From assembly GCA_963575745.1 (NCBI GenBank), contig CAUYUJ010000162.1, forward strand, positions 1 through 64,000: a DNA stretch of 64,000 bases. Reading direction: 5' to 3'. Of this stretch, positions 1 to 12,185 are shown one piece after another (the stretch's first letter is position 1; the number at the start of each line of letters is the position of its first letter). A program made the position numbers and the translations under genes. The stretch is from Prorocentrum cordatum (Eukaryota). Under the pieces are notes generated by a model. The model ran no database searches and was not told where the DNA came from. It was given only the letters and a program-made list of their open reading frames with translations.

Positions 1-138
1 CTCCTCCTCGTCCTCCTCCTCCTCCTCCTCCTCCTTTTCCTCGGCTCATGCTCCTCACAACCCATTCAACGAGCGACTTGTGAGCAATGGATTAGCCTCG
101 GACTTCAAACCGAGGGGGGGCTCCATTCCAGGTGCGCG

Positions 139-317
139 GCGCCACCTGGGGCAGCGCCGAGCACTACCCACCAGGCCGCGTCCCCCCCAAACGGGGGGAG
201 ACCACCGAAGCCACTCCCTGGGAGCCGAGGTATGCGGCGTCACCTGGGGCAGCGCACAGCACTACCCACCAGGCCGTGCCCCCCTCAAAAGAGGGGAGAC
301 CACCGAAGCCACTCCCT
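139..317. repeat. Two-copy ~99-bp tandem duplication
   Basis: cacctggggcagcgc...gcactacccaccaggccg...ggggagaccaccgaagccactccct occurs twice (about 143 and 241). Confidence 0.85.
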
Positions 318-752
318 CTTGATATGGTCCTCAAGCATGTGCCAAGCCAGAAAGACTGAGGACAGAAATCTGGCATCATTGCTGAGGACAAGTGACATCG
401 TCTCTTGGCGGCGAAATGCCAGCTAAGCCTCGCGCGCCACTCTCAGAACGGACACTTCCACGACACTCGTCGATCAGCTTCCGCCGCCGCACGAAAGGCC
501 GTGGCCTGTGTCGTTCTGTCCCCTCCGAAATGAGTTTGCTCCAATCCAGAAGCTCGCTCTCACGAGCTTGTATGAAATCCTCCTCGAGGTCCCGCTTGGC
601 CCGCCGACGCACGAAAAGTCCAGGCCTCGCCGCGGGCGTCCTCCACAATATCAGTTCGTTTTCTCGGGCTCGGATGCAGTCTTGCTCCGCCTCGTCCCCA
701 GACACCGCAGATCCTGAGCTAGGCCCACGACCAGCACGAGCAACATCAGCCT

Positions 753-1434
753 CTACTGGACACTACTAGTGGTACTACTGGACACTACTAGTGGTACTAC
801 TGGACACTACTAGTGGTACTACTGGACACTACTAGTGGTGCTACTGGACACTACTAGTGGTACTACTGGACACTACTAGTGGTACTACTGGACACTACTA
901 GTGGTACTACTGGACACTACTAGTGGTACTACTGGAAACTACTAGTGATACTACTGGACACTACTAGTGGTACTACTGGGCACTACTAGTGGTAGTACTG
1001 GACACTACTAGTGGTACTACTGGACACTACTAGTGGTGCTACTGGACACTACTAGTGGTGCTACTGGACACTACTAGTGGTCTACAAGACACTACTAGTG
1101 GTACTACTGGACACTACTAGTGGGGACACTACTAGTAGTGTCCAGTAGTACCACTAGTAGTGTCCAGTAGTACCACTAGTAGTGCCCAGTAGTACCACTA
1201 GTAGTGTCCAGTAGTACACTGGTAGTGTCCAGTAGTACACTGTAGTGTCCAGTAGTACCAGTAGTAGCGTCCAGTAGTACCACTAGTAGTCCAGTAGCAC
1301 CACTAGTAGTGTCCAGTAGCACCACTAGTAGTGTCCAGTAGTACCACTAGTAGTGTCCAGTAGTACCACTAGTAGTGTCCAGTAGCACCACCAGTAGTGT
1401 CCAGTAGTACCACCAGTAGTGTTCAGTAGTACCA
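753..1434. repeat. 22-bp minisatellite (CTACTGGACACTACTAGTGGTA)n that inverts at 1133/1134
   Basis: Forward units 753-1133 and reverse-complement units 1134-1434; the junction is the perfect palindrome ggacactact|agtagtgtcc. Confidence 0.95.
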
Positions 1435-1644
1435 CGAGGAGGAGGAGGATCACGAGGCGGAGGAGGAGGAACTGAGGAGGAGGAGGAGGAGGAAGACCTG
1501 GAGGACGAGGGCGAGGTCGAGGAGGAGCAGGAGGAGGGGGAGGAGGAGACCGACGACGGGGTGGGCTCCCGCAGGCACCCACGCCCGCAGCGACACCAGC
1601 ACCGACGCCCGCGCCGACGAACAACTCCCACTCCGGCGCTGCAA

Positions 1645-2078
1645 AGGGGGGAGGGGGAGGAGGGGGAGGAGGAGGTGAAGGAGGAGGAGGAGGAGGAGGA
1701 GGAGGACGGCGACGACGACGATAACGACGACGGGGAGGAGGACGAGGAGGAGGAGGCGAAGGAGGAGGAGGAGGAGGAGGAGGAGGAGGAGGATGGGGAG
1801 GGCGAGGACGAGGAGGAGGAGGGCGAGGACGAGGAGGAGGAGGACGACGACGACGAGGAGGAGGACGAGGAGAGGAGGAGGAGGAGGAGGAGGGAGGAAC
1901 CAAAAGGGACCAAAAGGAACCAAAAGGGAACCAGAAGGAACCAAAAGGCACCAATATGGTTCCTTTTGGTTCCTTTTGGTTCCCTTTTGGTTCCTTTTGG
2001 TTCCTTTTGGTTCCCCCCTCCTCCTCCTCCTCCTCGTCCTCCCCCTCCTCCTCCTCCTCCTTCCCCTCCTCGTCCTCC
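1645..2078. repeat. Foldback: (GAG)n-(GAACCAAAAG)n mirrored by (GGTTCCTTTT)n-(CTC)n
   Basis: Symmetry centre near 1955 (accaatatggt). Confidence 0.85.
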
Positions 2079-2908
2079 TTACGGACGGTGAATGTGGTCA
2101 CGCAGTCGTCGTCGTCGTCGTCGGCGGGGCTCTTTTGGCCCCACCCCCGCAGGCGGCGACGCCAGCGTCGAGGCCGGCGTCTGCCTGCTTTCGGCCCAGC
2201 TGTTGCCGATGCTCTGAGAGGTGAGCTGTCCGGTTGGGCGCGGATGTGGAGGAGGAGGAAGAGGAGGAGGACGAGGAGGAGGAGGAGGGATCCAGGATCC
2301 ACACGTTTTTTCCGTGTTGCGCCCGTGGCCGGAGCGGGACTTGCGATCTGGAGCGTTGTCGGACAGCATGTCCGATGCCGCTGCCTTGAAAAAAAGAAAC
2401 AGTATTGATTTGTGCCCATTTCTCCGGAGTTGATCGTCGCGACCAGCCCCATCCTTGCCCAACAGCAATCGCTGTCGGATAACGTTCCCCGCATTTCGGT
2501 CCTCACCGAGCGCGCGGGAGAAAGTTCGTGAGGGTGGAGTGCATTGGAACCATGAGTAGGTTAGCTCCCGCCCAGAGGGGGAGGAGGGCGGGCAGGGGGA
2601 GGACCGAGGATACCTTTCCTGGGTTTCCTCCTCTTTCTCCTCTTCGTCGTCGTCGTCCTCCTCCTCCTCCCCCTCCTCCTCCTCCTCTCCCTCCCCCTCT
2701 TTTTGTCTTCTCACCTCTGACTTGCCCCTTGCGCAGGCCCTTGGAGAGCCCATCCGTCAGGAGGGTCCATGTAACCTAAATGGGGTCTGCGCCTGGTCTT
2801 CTCTCTGCCGCCCTGCTCCTGTCCTGATACGTCTGTTTGTGCATGGCAGGAGAGCAAACCTCCTCGCGCCTACACGGCATCTCGGATTAGCGTCCCGATT
2901 GGATGCAA

Positions 2909-3082
2909 CACTCGGGCCAGACAGTGCGTGGGCCTCGCGGTCTGCACTCGGGCCAGACAGTACAATGGCCTCGCGCGTCTCACTCGGGCCAGACAGTACG
3001 TGGGCATCGCGCGCCTCACTCGGGCCAGACAGTACCCATGGGCCTCGCGCGGCGAGCTCGGGCCAGACAGTACCCATGGGCC
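2909..3082. repeat. Five ~36-40 bp tandem units with core CTCGGGCCAGACAGTA
   Basis: Core at about 2911, 2948, 2983, 3019 and 3057. Confidence 0.9.
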
Positions 3083-3138
3083 AGCGCTGCGCCAGCCGCC
3101 CCGTTCGGGCCCCCGCCCTGCCCGGAGGAGGGCCCCGT

Positions 3139-3157
3139 GTAGCCGCTTTGGTCCAAG
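3139..3157 (+). promoter_or_regulatory. Relict dinoflagellate spliced-leader-like motif
   Basis: gtagccgctttggtccaag versus DinoSL gtagccattttggctcaag (15/19), ~87 bp upstream of ATG 3244. Confidence 0.55.
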
Positions 3158-3243
3158 ATCCCTTTGCGATACGTCCAGCGACGCCAGCCAGAGCGCGACT
3201 GGCACCCCCGCCCCGCCCTGTTCGGAGGAGAGCCGCGGCCGCA

Positions 3244-4530
3244 ATGGATGCTGAGTTGGAGAATATCAAGGCTACTCTCGTCGTTAATAAGAGTTCTCGG
3301 AAAGCGGCCAAGCGCGCCTTGAACGCGTTTCAGGTGCAGGACCCCAACATTGATGCTGAGTCCGAGGAGAGCGTGCGCAAATAGCCAATGGCCTTTGGCG
3401 ATGCTCGCCGCCGCTTCCGCTCGTTGCGAATCGTTTTCCCGCTGCAGCGATGGCCTCATTTCTGCGCTTCCGCTGGTTGCGAATCGTGCTCCCGCTGCAG
3501 CGCTGGCGCAATGTCCAACCCATGCCACAGCGTGCAATGCGCCGCTCAACGCGCGGGGGCGGATTTGGCGTTGAAGACGGTCCTCGCCTCTCGGAGCCCG
3601 CCTGAGCAGGCCGCATGGGACAAGTTCAGCGGGTGGGTGGACGAGGCCTTCACGGAGGCGTCGTTCGAGGCCAAGTGCTGGTGTGTGTGTGTGTTCAAAG
3701 CGACCAATCCTGATATACTCAACAACGCGAAGGTCACCTTGGTCTTCGTCGTCGTCGTCGCCCTTTTCCTCCTCCTCCTTCCCCTCCCCCTCTGCCTCCT
3801 CGTGGTTCCAGTCGCCGCCATCGTCCCCGTCAGGTGAAGAAGTTCGGCCCCGTCGACATTGCCACCATCGGGGGGAACCTCCCAGCAGGGATCAGCGCCG
3901 ACGACGTGTGGCTCTTCGACCCCAAATGCCCTCACGTCTTCAGCGTCGGAACCCATAAGATCAAAATCCGCACGGGCGCAAGGAGCTCCTGCCCGGCGGC
4001 GTCAGGGGGAGCCCGCCCGCGGTTGGCGCTGCCGGCGCAGTCGGCGGCCCCCGCGGCGCCACCGGAACCGCAGGAGCAGTCGAAGGAGCAGCCAGCGCCA
4101 CAGGAGCACGTGAAGGAGGAGCCGAAAGCCCAGCCAGCCAACCCCGCCATGCCCAAGAACCGGGCCATCACCTCCGTGCCGTCAGACCCCGACAAGCGGC
4201 ACTGGTCCGAGAGGCTCGGCCATCAGGTGGTGGAGTCCGTGTCGAAGGGACAGTGGTATTGCAGCGATCCTGTGGTGCCCGGTAACGTCATGCATTGCCT
4301 CAGGGAGTACAAGAGGCACGTCTTGAATCTGGCTCCGAGTAGGACGGAATGGCCTCAACATTTTACGCGGTTCTTCTCTTACGTTTGCAACGAGATCTGC
4401 AAGACCACGCACTTGGATATCTTGAGCGTTCTTGTGGGCGAGCTCCGCAGCATCCACCAGAAGGCGCCGACCTTGCTCGACGACGGCGCCAAGGCGATTC
4501 GTTGGCAACTGGGTGGTATGTTTTCGACCA
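3244..4530 (+). pseudogene. Spliced hypothetical protein gene with a premature TAG, 3' end lost in repeats
   Basis: ATG 3244 (MDAELENIKATLVVNK); in-frame TAG 3382-3384; GT-AG intron 3733-3833 (AAG|GT...CAG|GTG) joins ...ILNNAK to VKKFGPVDIA... in frame; protein-like up to ~4530, then a GAG repeat. Confidence 0.55.
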
Positions 4531-4744
4531 GGAGAAGGAAAAGAAGGAGGAGGAGGAGGAGGAGCAGGAGGAGGAGGAGGATACCAAGAGACCCGACGTA
4601 GTACCCGAAGATAGCCCCAAGAGGGTACCAAGAGAGATCCGAAAGCCCCGAGAAAAACTCCAGGATGGCTCCAATGTTGCCACGAACGGCCTCCGGGAAA
4701 CTGCAAGAGAATTCCACTCTTCCTCTGCTCGCCCTCCTCCCTCC

Positions 4745-5760
4745 TACCCCACCAGCCCTTTGAGCGTGAGTGGTTTAGAGAGCTCTCTCTGTTCTCAACC
4801 TCCCTTCTTCCCCTTCGGGGAGGGGTTTACCCCTCCCACTACCCCCTCCCCCTGGGCCTGGAGAGGTCCTTTCGCGGGTCGTCAGGGGGGTTATTTTCGA
4901 CTCCTGCTAAAAAACGACACCCCTCACGAGGATTCTGGCCCCGACGGGGGGGGGCAGAAAAAATGCCCCCCTCTTCTTTGAAGCCAAAATCATTGATTTT
5001 ACTACGGTTTTGGCCTCATTTTGGCCTTCTGAGGGGGCAGCGCTAATTAAAGCTCCCCTCTTCTTTCAAGCCAAAATCGTTGATTTTACTTAGATTTTGG
5101 CCCCATTTTGGCCTTCTGAGAGGGCAACGCTAATTAAAGCTCCCCTCTTCTTTGATCGATGTCCTCCAAGATGGCCCCAAGACGCGCCCAGGAGGCACCA
5201 AGAGGCCCCAAGATGGCCCCAAGAGGCCCCCAAGAGGCCCCCAAGAGGATCCCAAACGGCCCAAAGAGGCCCCCCCGAGGCACCCAAGACGCCGAAAAGC
5301 CCATCAGGACGACCCTCTACTCGCCTGGGCGTCGTTTCTGGACGGGCAGGAGGAGGGGCCCGAACGACTCACACCAGGACGAGGGGCCCGAACAACTCAC
5401 ACCACGAGAAGCCCGAACGACTCACACCAGGACGAAGAGCCCGAACGACTCACACCACGAAGAGCCCGAACGACTCACACCAGGAAGAAGGGCCCGAACG
5501 ACTCACACCAGGACGAGAAGCCCGAACGACTCAAACCACGAGGAGCGCTTTCTCTCCCTCCTCCTCCGCCTCGTCCTTCTCCCGCTCCCACCACAAGGAG
5601 GATGTACAAGGAGGCGGGAGGAAGGAGGAACAGGGGAGATATGCGGGGGCAGGCGGAAACACGCCTGAAAAACACGACTGTCGGCATGCTTCGCTAGAGT
5701 TGCTGTTTTGAGATGGGCTGGTGGGGATACGCGAAGCGTGAAGAATCCACTCTTCCTCTG
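4745..5760. repeat. Composite dispersed repeat (cccaccagcc...ttcggggaggggtttacccctccc module, GGCCCCAAGA array, CCCGAACGACTCACACCA repeats)
   Basis: Modules recur at about 39333, 39466, 42341, 57500-57610 (reverse) and 39981. Confidence 0.75.
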
Positions 5761-7384
5761 CTCGCCCTCCTCCCTCCTATTTCTGATCCTCCCTCCTCCT
5801 CCCCCTCCTCTGCCTCCTCCTCCTCCTCCTCGTGTCCTCCTCCTCCCTCCGTCCCCCTCCTGCCGGCTATCCACTCGCTTTTCCCCCGCGCGCTCCTCAG
5901 CTCATGCCTGATTCTGCTTTGCAACCGAATCGCTCTCTCGCAAAAAAGAAAAGGGACGCGGGGAACCACGGAGGGGGGGCGGAACGGGAGGAGGGGGAAA
6001 TGACAAACAGCAAGGAGGAGAAGGAGGAGGATGAGGGTTTTTGTTGTCTGCTGCGCGAGCTTGCAGTTAGCGCACGCGCCCAAGTACAATGAATGCGCGA
6101 GGACGTCGAGCTCGCGGCAAGCCGCCAGCGGCGCCAGACGCCCCGAAGAAGCCGTGACCGAAGCCGAGTGCCACAGAGAGCGCAGACCCTGGGCGCCATG
6201 ACATTAGAGGAGGGTGGGACGCATCGAAGCGACCAGAAAGGAAGCGGCGCACCGAGCCACCGCGCGCAGGCACCCGAACAATAGCTAAAAACGCAAAGGC
6301 CGACGAACGCCAAAGCGAGCAACTTGCAAGGGTTGACCGTTGAACGAAAATTGGCAGGAGGACGGAAAAGGAACCAAAGGGAACCAAAAGGGAACCAATT
6401 CTTAAAAAAAGGTTGAGTATATCGCCTCGTAACAACCTCCCATGAACGGCTACACAACTATCGTACACGACAAAAAGCTAAACACCAAATCCACAGAAGC
6501 ATCAGGGCGCGCGCCGGCAGCCACGAGCACGAAGCCGCCGAGCTGCACGAAGCTGAAGGTATTCCACCCCGCCGCCAGCTCCACGAGTCTGTGCCCCAAA
6601 TGCGCCACTGAGTGCATGGCAAGTCCTACCTGCCGCCACCTCCTCCTCGTCCCCCTCCTCTTCTCCTCCTCCTCCTCCTCCTCCTCCTGGTGTGTACAAG
6701 GGCCAAAAACCGCCTGCAAGCCATTCGCAAAAAAGGGGGCGCATCAACCTGTCAAGAGAGACGGGATCACCTTCACCTGGAGCGTCCGATATCGTCTTCC
6801 ACACTGGGTGGATTGTCCTGTTATGCCCTCGGTGGACGTCAACGCTCGAACAACAGAAAACCCAGGGTTAGACGAAGCCAAGACAGGGACGAATCGGACA
6901 GGGACAAATCGGGGATCTCTGAGATCCAGCGGCTCCAGAACTTCGTGGGCCCCAGAAACGGCAGGGCCGTTTCTCTGTCGCCTCGGATAATATCTGTTGA
7001 GAATGGAAACGGTAAACAAACATCAGCAACCGGAAGCAGCAAACAAAACAACTGCGGAATTGGAACCAAAACGGGAAACGGCAGAACAACGGCGACGGAA
7101 CCGGAAAACAACGGCGCCGGAACCTGCAAACATACAGCAACATGGAGGCGGTAAGAAACGGCCCTGTCGTTTCCAAGGCCCACTTCTTGGCGCCCGTGCT
7201 GAACGACCCCTCCGAGGCTTAAGACGAGTCCAGGACGATGATCAATGCGGGTGAGGATGAATCGAGAATCTATGAGATCCGGCGGCTCTGGTCGATGTAC
7301 CGGGCGCCGCGGCCGGCCAGGAGCGCTCTGGAGCTCCCTGAGAGCGTACTGGAACGCTCTGAAACTGTGGGAGGCCTAGAGGTT

Positions 7385-7533
7385 GACACCAACACCAACA
7401 TGGGCGGTGTGCCCTACCGAGGGAAGGTGCTCCCGATCTCGGTGATGGTGGTGGCCGAAGTATTACCACCAACACCGATATCGAGGATCATCTTCCTCCC
7501 GCTGAGGCATACCCGTGGGTTGGTGTTGGTGCC
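7385..7533. repeat. Imperfect hairpin with ~68-bp arms
   Basis: gacaccaacaccaac...gatctcggtgatggtggt pairs with accaccaacaccgatatc...gttggtgttggtgcc. Confidence 0.75.
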
Positions 7534-7545
7534 CATTTCCAGGCT

Positions 7546-7740
7546 CGGGTCGGGCGAAAGGGGGGGATAGTAAAGGGGGGGTTTGAGAATCAGCTCACGT
7601 AGCTGATTTTCCCAGCGCCTCCCGGAGCCGGGAGGCGCCCATGTATCGAGGAATGGGCCCGGCGGCGGGGCCGAAACCAGCTGCATGCAGCAGATTTCGT
7701 AACCCCCCCTTTCCCAATCTCCCCCTTTCGTTCGGCCCGA
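7546..7740. mobile_element. ~195-bp MITE-like element with internal hairpins, copy 1
   Basis: TIR tcgggtcgggcgaaaggggg / ccccctttcgttcggcccga; second copy at 43370-43556. Confidence 0.75.
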
Positions 7741-9131
7741 CAGGCCTCCCAATCTATCCGTCCTGGACCTGGCCCCGCCCGGCAGGGTGTTCTTTGAGCG
7801 ACGGGTGCCCTCAGCCCACGGGCGCTCGCGGGTCCCTCTCCTCCTCCTCCTCCTCCTCCTCCTCCTCCTCCTCTCCTCTCCCTCCTCCTCCCTCCTCCCC
7901 CTCCTCCCTCCTCCTCCCTCCTCTCCTCCTCCCCTCCTCCTCCTCCCTCCTCCTCCTCCCGCCTCCTCCTCCTCCTCCTCCTCGTCGTCCTCCTCCTCGT
8001 CGTCTTCCTCCTCCTCCTCCTCGTCCTCCTCCTCCTCCTCCTCCTCGTCCTCCTCCTCCTCCTCCTCCAACTCCTCTCCCTCCTCCCTGCTCGCGCTCTC
8101 CTCGTCGCGTGAGCCCGCCTGAGATATCCAGGAACCGTGCTTTGTGATGTGGCAGGCTCGTGCCGTGACCACTGGCGCGCGCTGGTCTCTGACACCGCGT
8201 GGCGTCGGCCAACCTTGCACGATCGCAACTTCCCGGCAGCGTGTACAGTCAACCCGGATGGTGAGGATGCGTGGTAAGGATGTCAGGGCCTTGGGGGGCC
8301 ATGCTGACGGTTTTCGAAAAAGGTTGGACAGTCAAAGTCACAAAGGACTGGCCGAGGGTGAAGGATGCAAGGACAGCCTTGGAATGGGAAGGATGGGCCG
8401 AAGGGCCTTCGAAGGGGAAGGATGCAGGATGGGCCGAAGGGGAAGGATGGGCAGAGGGGGAAGGATGCGAGGGCAGCCTTCGAAAATTGCACGACCCTGC
8501 GATGCGGGTGGATTGTATCCAGATCGCCCAGCTTCGCACACAACGCCCCGCGATGCGCGGCGCGAGGCGATCTTCGATCTTCGCGCCCTCGCGCCCTATA
8601 GCGCCGCCCCACCCTGGAGAAGGGCGCCTCTCCATCCCTGGCCGCGGTGCGCGGTTACCTTCGCGCCCCTGGGGGAGGGCCTGGGTGTATCGCTCGATCG
8701 CTCGGCCGCTTCGGAGCGCCGGCGGCGTTCAGGCCTGACTCCCGCGTTGGGGACACCGCCTCGTCGACACGACACGAACCTGGAGCCCGCTCTGTTCTTC
8801 GCGAGAGCGCCAAGGACCGGCCGCCCCCCGCCCTGGTCACGTCGCGGTTCGTGCGGGCACCGTCTGGGAATCGGCCATGCGATCACCCAAAAAGCCCGCC
8901 CCATGCGCGCGCGAGGAGCGAAGCACGCCGAATGGGACATCGCAACTGGACCGCAGCGCTTGAAATTCGTACGCTCGTCCCCCTCCTCCTCCTCCTCTTT
9001 TCCTCCTCCTTTTCCTCCTCCTCCTCCTCCTCCTCCTCCTCCTCCCCCTCCTCCTCCTCCTCCTCCCCCCCCCCTGGTCACGTCGCGGTTCGTGCTGGCA
9101 CAGTCTGGGCCTCGGCCGCCCCCCTGAGCAC

Positions 9132-9336
9132 TCCCGCCCAGAGAATCCCCGTAGCAAGAATTTCTGCTACGTAACAGAATTTCTGCTACAAGCTTAGATT
9201 GTAATAGAATTTTTGCGACGGTAGCTGAATTTCTGCTACCGGTCACGATTGTAGCAGAATTTATGTTACGTAGCAGAATTTCTGCTACAGATCTCCATTG
9301 CAGCAAAAATTCTGCTACGTTGCAGAATTTCTGATA
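9132..9336. repeat. Left TIR and subterminal array of palindromic GTAGCAGAAWTTCTGCTAC
   Basis: About eight degenerate copies of the 19-mer palindrome. Confidence 0.9.
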
Positions 9337-9394
9337 CGCGCGGCTACTCTGTCGTGGCACAGGACCGACCAAGTGGCATTAGCCAGGTGAAAAG

Positions 9395-9415
9395 ATTAGG
9401 CCAAAATGGCAACGG
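9395..9415 (-). promoter_or_regulatory. Relict spliced-leader-like motif pointing out through the left TIR
   Basis: attaggccaaaatggcaacgg versus reverse-complement DinoSL cttgagccaaaatggctacgg (17/21). Confidence 0.6.
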
Positions 9416-9624
9416 GCTGGGGGTGAAACGGGGAGAGCGGGGAGGGAGTCGTACAAGTGGTTCAGTGTCCTACTCTGGTTCCCTGGTTCAGTGCCTACCG
9501 CCTCCTCCTCCTCCTCCTCCTCCTCTTCCTCTTTTTCCTCCTCCTCCTCCTCCTCTTACATCTCGTCCACATCCTACATATTTGCGTTGGCAGAAGTGGC
9601 AGGAGCCATCATATCGATTATTTC

Positions 9625-11441
9625 TCAGTTGCGGCGCAAACGGATCTGTAGCACCAACAAGAAATTTATCAACACCTTATGGCTCACAATCGAAAGGCTG
9701 GAACCAACCATGCACCCTTGTGCTGACCGTATCATCGTCCCTACGAAATCTTCAAATTCAAAGCACCATATCGATTTGGGATTCAAGCGCCGAGCGTGCA
9801 CAGCATGTGCGTTTTCACAACGATTGCGTAGATCAACCTTGTAAGAGACACCGAGTATTGAGCGAGCCAATTATAATGCACCATGAATCTGTCGCAGCTG
9901 CTTACCATTTCCAGCGCCTGAGGGCGAGGGGTAAAATGACCATTGGATTTGCACGTGTCGAATATTGAGCATAACGAATGAAAACATGCCAGGCGGTGCT
10001 CGTCCCGTGAAGAACCTCGAGGAGGAGGAGGAGGAGGAGGAGGAGGAGGGGGGGGAGGAGGAGGAGGAGGAGGAGGAAGAGAATGAGGAGGGGCGCCTGT
10101 GTTGAACTCGAAACATACTCATTTTTAGCATATTCAACTGGTTCCTCAACTCTTGAATGTCGTACTCTATCAATATATGTTGCCACGCTATTTTCGGAGA
10201 TTCTTCTGGCGTTCCTTCGAATGGCCCATCAAACACGAGTTCCCACAACACTGCGCCCAGAAACCACTGAACAACGCCAAGGTGCCCTGTGCGCATTAAA
10301 TCCCCAGGGCAACTGAATATAGAAAACCCCCTCAACCTCTGTATTGGGCGATTGGTCACTGGCAGTAGCACCCCAATGCCATCGGGGGCGAGGTTGCGTT
10401 TCCACGCTGCGTCGCAAGACAGGTCTGCGAGCGAAAACTGCGCCCCCTGAGCCCGACTGATGGGGCCCAACCAACAAGGCTGATTACTTGCAAAATGAGG
10501 TAGATCCAATTCGTTAGCGAAGAATTCCAAATCCCCTGCAACAACCCACACCACAAGCCTGACCTGTCCATTGCAGGTAGGTGTTCCAGCTACCTGTTCC
10601 TGTGGCGAACCTTCTGGCCACCTGATGTGTTTGTGGTCCTTGTGAGGATGAACGCCGCCCCAGCAAGCGTTGGAATCATGCGTGTAAGACTCCCACATCG
10701 CACGAGCTGCGTCCGATTCCTCGCCATGTGTCCTCACTCCTTTGGGCAACACAAACCCTGGAAATATGTTTGCGTCGAACGCTGAAGACAACAAGCTTTT
10801 TACCGACACAACCAATAATGCATTCTGGTTCCTTTTAGTGCACACTCCGCCGTCTCCATGAAGAATGCAAGGGTGCGTGGTGCCCATCCAACCATCAATC
10901 GCAGTGATGTCAGCCATCAACTGGAATTTTGGATCAGCGGGGTCAACAGATTCCCAAAATGCTCGTGGATTCTCACCAAGCATTTCATTCAGTTGGAGCG
11001 GGAAGTGGCGAAAAAGAGATTCCAACCTTTCAGGCAATCCCAACGCAGATAGACTCATATCCACAAGGTTATCGTATTTATCATGTGCAGGTACTTCAAT
11101 GCGTAGAGGTGTCGGTAATGTGACATCGCGGCAAAAGCTCCGAATACGATCTCTCCAAAGGTGTTGCCTGGGCACAGACAATTCGAACCAAGTTGAGATA
11201 ACAATCTGAGCCCCCGACGTCGCGCACCAGCCTTTTCAGCGCAGCTACCGAGCCATTCCACGTTGGGCGCGCTGCGAAGCCCCCATCCGGAAAAAAAAGA
11301 CAATAACGCATCAACGGACTCACATCGACTCTCATCTGAAACATTTTGGCCTGGACTGCTGGACTCGAAACCGGCAGTGGCCAGGCGCTGATGAGAACCA
11401 CCTCTGCCCGTCAGCGCATGAAAAATGATGCCGTCATTCAT
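9625..11441 (-). pseudogene. Decayed CMC-superfamily (CACTA/Mirage/Chapaev- or Plavaka-like) DDE transposase
   Basis: Ordered motifs ILHGDGG (D1), VAGDLEFF (D2), PCWLG (degenerate CxxC), DLMRTGHLG (degenerate DxxH), NPKSIWCFEFEDFVG (E; compare CACTA GPxxxxWMYPFER); frameshift near 11170; microsatellite at ~10019-10092; TGA at 9625-9627. Confidence 0.75.
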
Positions 11442-12185
11442 CGGAATTTCGCAAAACAAGGTGCACTGTTAAGCCACAGCAGGCCACGGAGGAGGACAGG
11501 AGGGAGGTACGGTCGATCGGCTTGCATGGTTGAAGCTGTCTCATTGACGCGTCCACATTCCGGGCGCGACGGAGCGGGGGAGGGAATGCACCCCCTCCTC
11601 CTGCTCTTCTCCTCCTCCTCCTCATCCTCCCCCCCTCCTCCTCCTCATCCTTATCCTCCTCCTCGTGCCCAGGCTCATGCGCAGACTTACTCATGCCCAG
11701 ACTCACTCATACACAGACCTATTCATGCCCAGACTTACTCATGATGATACTGATTCATACCAAGACGGACTCATACTCAGACTCGTTCCCATGCGCATTG
11801 ATATACAGACTTAAGCATACCCAGACCTACTCATATTCAGAGCCTCGCATTGTCTGGTTTACTCAACACACCGCAGACTATTGGGCAGCATATCGTGTCC
11901 GTATACGTATGACATCACATGGTGTGTTAGTGATGCTCAATATCATGCAATTTTGAATTCTCACCGTAGCAAGTTTGGTTTAATGTGCTTGTATAGTCCA
12001 TGTCCGTAACCATCCTGACTCCAACCATCTGCGCGCGCATGGGAAATACATGCCTTTCATGTTGTTGTTTGTCTCGAAACTCTGCGCTGCGAAACTCTCA
12101 GCACGACGGGTCATCCTCACGTGCTTGAAGACACACAATCGCTGCTTGTATGAATCGGTAGATTCAGTATCTCCATTATCTCCAA

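Noticed and set aside
376..705. 109-aa ORF with an internal repeat (ARExEL..W...FVRRR)
   Set aside because: Short, no recognisable domain, and explainable by a DNA-level duplication.
2909..3082. CRISPR-like short repeats
   Set aside because: The spacers are short and homologous to each other.
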